Below are positions 7,727 through 12,697 of a stretch of DNA of 12,697 nucleotides, piece by piece (positions within the stretch are counted from its first letter, which is position 1; the number at the start of each line of letters is the position of its first letter). The DNA lies in the NCBI GenBank assembly GCA_016840855.1, contig JAEORO010000051.1:1-12697 (forward strand). The letters are read 5' to 3'. A program made the translations under genes and the position numbers. The notes beneath the pieces are model-generated. The model saw only the letters and a program-made list of their open reading frames with translations. It did no database searches and had not been told where the DNA came from. The DNA is from Candidatus Thorarchaeota archaeon. GTDB taxonomy: Archaea > Asgardarchaeota > Thorarchaeia > Thorarchaeales > Thorarchaeaceae.

Positions 7727-8314
7727 ATGCGCGACCAAGATGATGGCAGCAAAATCATGAAAGCGGTCCTCATAGGTGATGGTGCGGTTGGGAAGACAAG
7801 TATCCGACGCAACTACTTGGGTGAAGACTTTATAGAAGGACATCTTGCAACTATCGGGGTCGACCTTGCAACAAAACGTGTTCTTTTCGAGCAAGATATC
7901 GTGAAGTTCATCATCTGGGATCTCGCGGGTCAACCAACCTTCGAGAAGGTGAGAGGACACTACTACAGTGGTTGTAACGGAATATTACTTGTATACTCAG
8001 TGGTGGACAGAGAGTCTTTTGATAATGCCAGTAAATGGTTGGTGGAAGCTTACAAGAATATGGGTCCACTTCCTCCTACAGTGATCATTGGGAACAAGAT
8101 TGACCTTCGACTGAGTTACGATAAGAAAAAGTACGTGACAACAGAAGAAGGTGAAGCGTTTACAAAATACTTCATTGAGAAGCTAGAAGTCCCAGCAATA
8201 TTCAGAGAAACCTCTGCAAAGACTGGTGCGAATATCCAAGACACATTCCATGAACTCCTTCGGATGATGAGCGAGGCTCATAATGAGAAGAAAAGCGACA
8301 TTTTCATGGGTTAA
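7727..8314 (+). CDS. Ras-superfamily small GTPase, Rab-like (Asgard type)
   Basis: G1 GDGAVGKT, G2 ATIGVD, G3 WDLAGQ, G4 NKID, G5 ETSAK. GGAGG at 7714-7718 favours ATG 7727; ATG 7712 is the alternative. No C-terminal Cys. Confidence 0.93.
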   Translation: MRDQDDGSKIMKAVLIGDGAVGKTSIRRNYLGEDFIEGHLATIGVDLATKRVLFEQDIVKFIIWDLAGQPTFEKVRGHYYSGCNGILLVYSVVDRESFDNASKWLVEAYKNMGPLPPTVIIGNKIDLRLSYDKKKYVTTEEGEAFTKYFIEKLEVPAIFRETSAKTGANIQDTFHELLRMMSEAHNEKKSDIFMG

Positions 8315-8367
8315 TTACTCACCCACTTACTTCATCATAACGCAATTATTATTAAGACAATATTCCA

Positions 8368-8381
8368 TTAACTATTGTTAA
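8368..8381. promoter_or_regulatory. Inverted repeat TTAAC-TATT-GTTAA upstream of copA (candidate operator)
   Basis: Perfect 5-bp arms, located between a TATA-like tract (TTATTATTAA, 8346-8355) and the SD-like GAGGT (8396-8400). Confidence 0.45.
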
Positions 8382-8406
8382 AAGATTGAAGATTCGAGGT
8401 ACAATA

Positions 8407-11214
8407 ATGAGTGACTCCTTCCAACCTGTTCTTGAGAAGCAAAGAATGTCTATGAAAATAGAAGGAATGCACTGTGCTTCTTGCGTAGCAACCATCGAGA
8501 AGTCCCTTCTAAATGAAGATGGGGTGATATCTGCCACAGTCAGCCTGCTCGATGAGAAGGCAGTCATTGAATACGATTCTCAACGTGTTGATAGGGTAAA
8601 ATTAGAGAAAGCTGTTGACGCAACAGGATATAGAGCCAAAAGGTCTGCGATGACTATTACGATATCTGGTGCAGAAACCGAAGCAGACTGGCAGAACCTT
8701 TCTCAAGCCTTACAAGAACAGAGAGGCGTCATAAGTGTTCGAACCTTTCCTGACCGACACAAATTACTCATCGAATATGATGAGGACCTTCTGACTTACA
8801 AGATTGTCAAAAAGATACTTCGTGGTCTTGGTTTCGAACCCGACGAAGCTAAGGGTGTAGATGCAGACAGGGAGTCGCTTGCCAGAGAGAAAGAGCGTCG
8901 ATATTATCTTGGGCTCTTGATTTTCTCTGCGCTACTTTCAATTCCTGTTGTTCTAATTCATTTTCATGTATTGGATAGTCTAATCCCACCAGAAGCAAGA
9001 ATGCTGATAATGTTTGCATTAGCAACGCCAGTTCAGTTCATTGGTGGATACCCATTCTATAAGTCCGCCCTGAGGTCCGCAATGCACTTGAAAACAAACA
9101 TGGATACACTGATTATGCTGGGCACAAGTGCTGCTTATTTCTATTCAGTAGCAACAACCTTCATTCTGCGCGGCGATTCGTTTTATGACACCGCAGTACT
9201 GCTCATCACTTTCATCCTTCTAGGTCGCACGCTCGAAGCTATCGCAAAGGGAAGAACTTCAAAAGCCATCCGAAGCCTAATGGATCTTCAAGCAAAAGTA
9301 GCAATAGTAGTACGGAATGGTGAGGAGATCACACTTCCTATAGAAGATGTTGAGGTTGACGATATTGTGTTGATTCGTCCTGGAGACCGTGTCCCAGTTG
9401 ATGGTCTTGTTCTTGAAGGGAAATCTTCAGTTGATGAATCTATGATTACAGGTGAACCAGTACCTGTGAACAAAAACGTTGGCGACTCAGTTGTGGGAGG
9501 AACTGTAAACAAGAATGGTGTTCTACAAGTCCGTGCACAAAAAGTTGGGCAAGATACTGTCCTTTCTCAGATTGTACGCATGGTTGAGGAAGCGCAGACA
9601 AATAAACCACCAATCCAGAGAAAAGCTGATGCTATTGCGGAAGTCTTTACTCCGGTGGTACTAGTCCTCTCACTTGCAACGTTTCTCTTCTGGATTTTCA
9701 TCATGCCAATAGATTGGACAACTGCTCTTAACTTCACTATTGCAGTTCTTGTTGCTGCATGTCCTTGTGCTCTTGGTTTAGCGACTCCAACTGCAATTAT
9801 GGTTGGGATTGGTAAAGGAGCTCAGTATGGCATTCTGATTAAGACAGGTGATGGGCTTGAAACTATACCTGCAGTCGACACAATTGTCTTTGATAAGACT
9901 GGGACACTTACCATTGGTCGTCCAACTATCACTGATATCACTGTTATTGGCGAGCTCTCTGAAAATGATGTTCTTGGTTTAGTTGCTGCAGTCGAGAGAA
10001 ATAGCGAACATCCTCTGGCTGAAGCAATTGTTTATGAAGCAAGAGAACGAGGCATCGAGATATCTCCTTCAAAGGATTTTAGCTACACCTCTGGCAAAGG
10101 GGTAAGTGCATCAGTCAACGGTGAAATGATACAAGTTGGTAGTAACCAGTTTATGGTAGATTTAGGCGTGGACTTCTCTAATGTGGATAGTCAAATCCTA
10201 ATGCTTCAGCAACAGGGTAAGACGACTGTTTACGCAGCTAAAGGTGATGAGCAACTTGCCATCTTGGGCATTTCTGATAAACTGAAATCATCATCAATCC
10301 AAGCTGTTGAAACGCTAAAGAAACTTGGAATCGACGTCTGGATGATTACAGGTGATAGATTAGAAACTGCAAAGTCGATAGCTTCTACAGTTGGAATTGA
10401 GCACGTTCTAGCAGAAGTCTTGCCAAATGACAAAGCTGAACAGGTCAAAATGCTCCAGAAAGAAGGACGTACGGTCGCAATGGCTGGTGATGGTGTCAAT
10501 GATGCGATTGCATTGGCTCAAGCTGATGTAGGAATAGCCCTGGGATCTGGAACTGATGTTTCAGTTGAGTCAGGTGATATTGTTCTTGTTAAAGATGATC
10601 TTCTTGATGTTGTCACTGGAATTCAACTTGGCAAGAGCACAATGACCAAAATCAAGCAAGGTTTCTTCTGGGCTCTAATCTATAATATCATTCTTCTGCC
10701 AATTGCAGCAGGCCTTCTATATCCCTCATTTGGACTTGCTCTTCGTCCAGAATTCGCAGGTTTGGCAATGGCACTTTCAAGCGTAAGTGTTGTCACAAAT
10801 GCGTTGAGCTTGAATCGTTTCAAGCCTGAGCGAGCTATTACTTCGGAGGCGAGTATTCCTCCAGCTGCCTATCAAGAAGGAGATGTAGCAATTGACCCTA
10901 TCTGCAAGATGAAGGTCGAGATCGCATCAGCTGACCTTTACAGTGATTACAATGGTAAAAGGTACTACTTCTGCAACCAGTATTGTATGGACACCTTCAA
11001 CGCAAATCCAGTGCAGTACGAGGAAGTTAATAACATGGAATCAAAGATTCCAGAGATTGCTGTAGATCCAATATGCAAGATGGATGTTGAAACAGCAACG
11101 GCGACTCTTGTCAGCGAGTATGATGGGAAGAAGTATTATTTCTGTAGTCCGTATTGTAAAGAGACCTTTGATAAGAATCCTGAAGAATATAAAGACCAAG
11201 ATTCAAGAAAATAA
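8407..11214 (+). CDS. copA: Cu(I)-translocating P1B-type ATPase with N-terminal HMA domains and two C-terminal YHS/TRASH domains
   Basis: HMA GMHCASC; TGEP, CPC, DKTGTLT, SEHPL, GDGVND; Cu(I)-specific YN and MALSS TM signatures. ATG 8407 after GAGGT is preferred over TTG 8386. Confidence 0.95.
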   Translation: MSDSFQPVLEKQRMSMKIEGMHCASCVATIEKSLLNEDGVISATVSLLDEKAVIEYDSQRVDRVKLEKAVDATGYRAKRSAMTITISGAETEADWQNLSQALQEQRGVISVRTFPDRHKLLIEYDEDLLTYKIVKKILRGLGFEPDEAKGVDADRESLAREKERRYYLGLLIFSALLSIPVVLIHFHVLDSLIPPEARMLIMFALATPVQFIGGYPFYKSALRSAMHLKTNMDTLIMLGTSAAYFYSVATTFILRGDSFYDTAVLLITFILLGRTLEAIAKGRTSKAIRSLMDLQAKVAIVVRNGEEITLPIEDVEVDDIVLIRPGDRVPVDGLVLEGKSSVDESMITGEPVPVNKNVGDSVVGGTVNKNGVLQVRAQKVGQDTVLSQIVRMVEEAQTNKPPIQRKADAIAEVFTPVVLVLSLATFLFWIFIMPIDWTTALNFTIAVLVAACPCALGLATPTAIMVGIGKGAQYGILIKTGDGLETIPAVDTIVFDKTGTLTIGRPTITDITVIGELSENDVLGLVAAVERNSEHPLAEAIVYEARERGIEISPSKDFSYTSGKGVSASVNGEMIQVGSNQFMVDLGVDFSNVDSQILMLQQQGKTTVYAAKGDEQLAILGISDKLKSSSIQAVETLKKLGIDVWMITGDRLETAKSIASTVGIEHVLAEVLPNDKAEQVKMLQKEGRTVAMAGDGVNDAIALAQADVGIALGSGTDVSVESGDIVLVKDDLLDVVTGIQLGKSTMTKIKQGFFWALIYNIILLPIAAGLLYPSFGLALRPEFAGLAMALSSVSVVTNALSLNRFKPERAITSEASIPPAAYQEGDVAIDPICKMKVEIASADLYSDYNGKRYYFCNQYCMDTFNANPVQYEEVNNMESKIPEIAVDPICKMDVETATATLVSEYDGKKYYFCSPYCKETFDKNPEEYKDQDSRK
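10888..11190 (+). repeat. Intragenic tandem duplication encoding two YHS/TRASH domains (171-nt period)
   Basis: [10 protein letters not shown]...[24 protein letters not shown] (10888-11019) and [10 protein letters not shown]...[24 protein letters not shown] (11059-11190). Confidence 0.9.
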
Positions 11215-11271
11215 ACCAGCTTCTTTTAGAAAAGGCTGTTCTTAATAGTCGGTTTTTCCCCTTAAAAACAA

Positions 11272-11276
11272 GGAGG
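11272..11276 (+). promoter_or_regulatory. Shine-Dalgarno GGAGG for the MFS gene
   Basis: AGGAGGAAAAAGG-ATG, 7-nt spacing. Confidence 0.7.
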
Positions 11277-11283
11277 AAAAAGG

Positions 11284-12621
11284 ATGCTCACTCGTTTCCA
11301 GAAGATCTATTTTGGAATGGCTCGTCTTGGTCCAAGTATAATGCTTGATACCTTGGACCTAGCAAGTGCTTTGTTCTATTTCTCAATTCAAGCGCTACCG
11401 GCGATTTATACCGGTTCAGCGATAGCCCTTAGCTATCTATCAATCATGATATCTGAGCTCACATTTGGCAACCTAAGTGACAGGACTCCCACTAAGCGAT
11501 GGGGGCGGCGAAAACCATTCATAATGGTTGGTGCTCCTCTTATGGCTGTATCATTCCTTCTTGTCTTTAGTCCACACTTGTTCCTTTCAGAAGGAAATGT
11601 GATAGGTCTCTTCTTCTATGCTACAATCACGATGAGTCTATTCAAGGTCTTCTATGGCATGGCAATGACACCTTTCCAGTCATGGATGCCTGAGCTAACA
11701 GAACCAGAAGAGCGTCCTGCAGTTTCTGCTTGGCAGAATGTTGCCAATTTCATAGGTTTTGTTGTTGGAACATTCGGAACTGCTTTGTTGGCCATTGAAG
11801 CTGTCCAGTGGGGAATACCACCGATAATTCTTTACATGATTTTAGGATTTATCGTTATTCAGCTTCTTGGGTTCCTTCCATCACTCATTGGTCTTCACAG
11901 AGAAGGAAAATTCATACCGCATCCATCTATCATGAAAGATTTTAGAACAGCTGTGAAGGACAGAGATTACGTTGGTTGGCTTGTGGCGCAAGGCCTCCTC
12001 TCAGTTGGCATTGCTACAATCGTCAGAACTGCTTTTCCATATATCAATGACTATCTTTTATTTGGCGTAACTGAGTTCATCATTTTCGGAGTTGAACTCC
12101 TCTCCGTTGTCTTTGTGTTCTTCATCATTTACCAATTCTCTATTCGCAAGAAAGGCAAACGGTTCACATTGCAGCTTTCAATGATGTTAGCTGTTGTTTC
12201 TCTACCATTCACATTAGTAATTACTACATCCGCTGCTGCTTTCTTACTTCTTGCTTTCGCTGGTGCAGGCGTTGCTGGGTACTATCTAATGCCATACATT
12301 GTCTATGCAGATTTTGCTCACAAAAATGAGATAATGACTGGTGAAGGCCGAGCAGGATTCTATACTAGCTTTCCGTCCATACCATTAAATGGCATGCAGG
12401 CTTTCTCTGCTTTCCTTTGGGGATTCATATTTTCCCTTCCTGCGATTGTTCCAGTCCCAGGTGAAGCTACTCTTGTTTCCCAAGGATACCTTTTCTGGGG
12501 TCCAATAGCAGCCCTGTTCATCTTCCTGTCTATCTTGGTACTCTCCAAGGTTAATCTTGATCCGGATTTTGAGAAGTTGGAAGCGGAATATTCAACTGCT
12601 AGAAGGGAAATCGACCTATAG
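11284..12621 (+). CDS. MFS transporter, GPH/MelB-like (MFS_2) family
   Basis: About 12 TM segments; 'FGNLSDRTPTKRWGRRKPFI', 'PFQSWMPELT...ER' and 'ADF......TGEGRAGFY' are typical of glycoside-pentoside-hexuronide symporters. Confidence 0.9.
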   Translation: MLTRFQKIYFGMARLGPSIMLDTLDLASALFYFSIQALPAIYTGSAIALSYLSIMISELTFGNLSDRTPTKRWGRRKPFIMVGAPLMAVSFLLVFSPHLFLSEGNVIGLFFYATITMSLFKVFYGMAMTPFQSWMPELTEPEERPAVSAWQNVANFIGFVVGTFGTALLAIEAVQWGIPPIILYMILGFIVIQLLGFLPSLIGLHREGKFIPHPSIMKDFRTAVKDRDYVGWLVAQGLLSVGIATIVRTAFPYINDYLLFGVTEFIIFGVELLSVVFVFFIIYQFSIRKKGKRFTLQLSMMLAVVSLPFTLVITTSAAAFLLLAFAGAGVAGYYLMPYIVYADFAHKNEIMTGEGRAGFYTSFPSIPLNGMQAFSAFLWGFIFSLPAIVPVPGEATLVSQGYLFWGPIAALFIFLSILVLSKVNLDPDFEKLEAEYSTARREIDL

Positions 12622-12632
12622 CATAAATTCGG

Positions 12633-12650
12633 AAGCTACTTCAGTAGCTT
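12633..12650. other. Perfect inverted repeat AAGCTACT-TC-AGTAGCTT (terminator, RNA-stability hairpin or protein-binding site)
   Basis: 8-bp perfect arms starting 11 nt after the MFS stop codon. Confidence 0.5.
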
Positions 12651-12697
12651 TGCCCAAAGATGTGGCCTCGGGACTGAGAGCAAATGAGTGTAATTGA

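Noticed and set aside
6863-8567. ORFs 6863-7156, 7655-7960 and 8352-8567
   Set aside because: Antisense shadows of the membrane protein, GTPase and copA genes.
10888-11190. Repeat as a possible CRISPR or mobile-element remnant
   Set aside because: Only two diverged in-frame copies, fully explained by duplicated protein domains.
11217-11238. Imperfect hairpin CAGCTTCTTTTAGAAAAGGCTG after copA
   Set aside because: It needs mismatches and wobble pairs; too weak to call a terminator.
9288-12548. ORFs 9288-9512, 10230-10499 and 12360-12548
   Set aside because: Antisense to copA or the MFS gene; the two inside copA have the Ser/Thr-rich composition typical of shadow frames.
1-12697. tRNA/rRNA genes, IS elements, integrases and defence systems
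   Set aside because: Intergenic gaps are short (about 230 nt at most) and AT-rich with no tRNA-like structure seen, and I found no transposase, integrase or nuclease motifs in any ORF.

Overview
Gene-dense, AT-rich archaeal-type window, most likely from an Asgard archaeon (inference: Rab-like small GTPase without a prenylation tail, TATA-like boxes about 25-33 nt upstream of several starts, oligo-T tracts after genes). It holds 12 probable CDSs. In order: a secreted acidic protein that runs off the left edge and is missing from the supplied ORF track (910->1), an Eis-like GNAT, a small 2-TM protein, a DUF362 protein, a second GNAT, an ArsN2-like GNAT, a flavin reductase, a DinB-family protein, a GT-C-like membrane protein, a Rab-like GTPase, a Cu(I) P1B-ATPase (CopA) with a Cys-less second HMA domain and two C-terminal YHS/TRASH domains, and a GPH/MelB-type MFS transporter. 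I saw no RNA genes, CRISPR arrays or mobile elements. The most notable non-coding signal is a 13-bp motif (TAAC-AATA-GTTAA) found identically in two intergenic regions 6 kb apart, with a degenerate third copy, which may be a shared operator. All family calls come from motif recognition by eye, not database searches.
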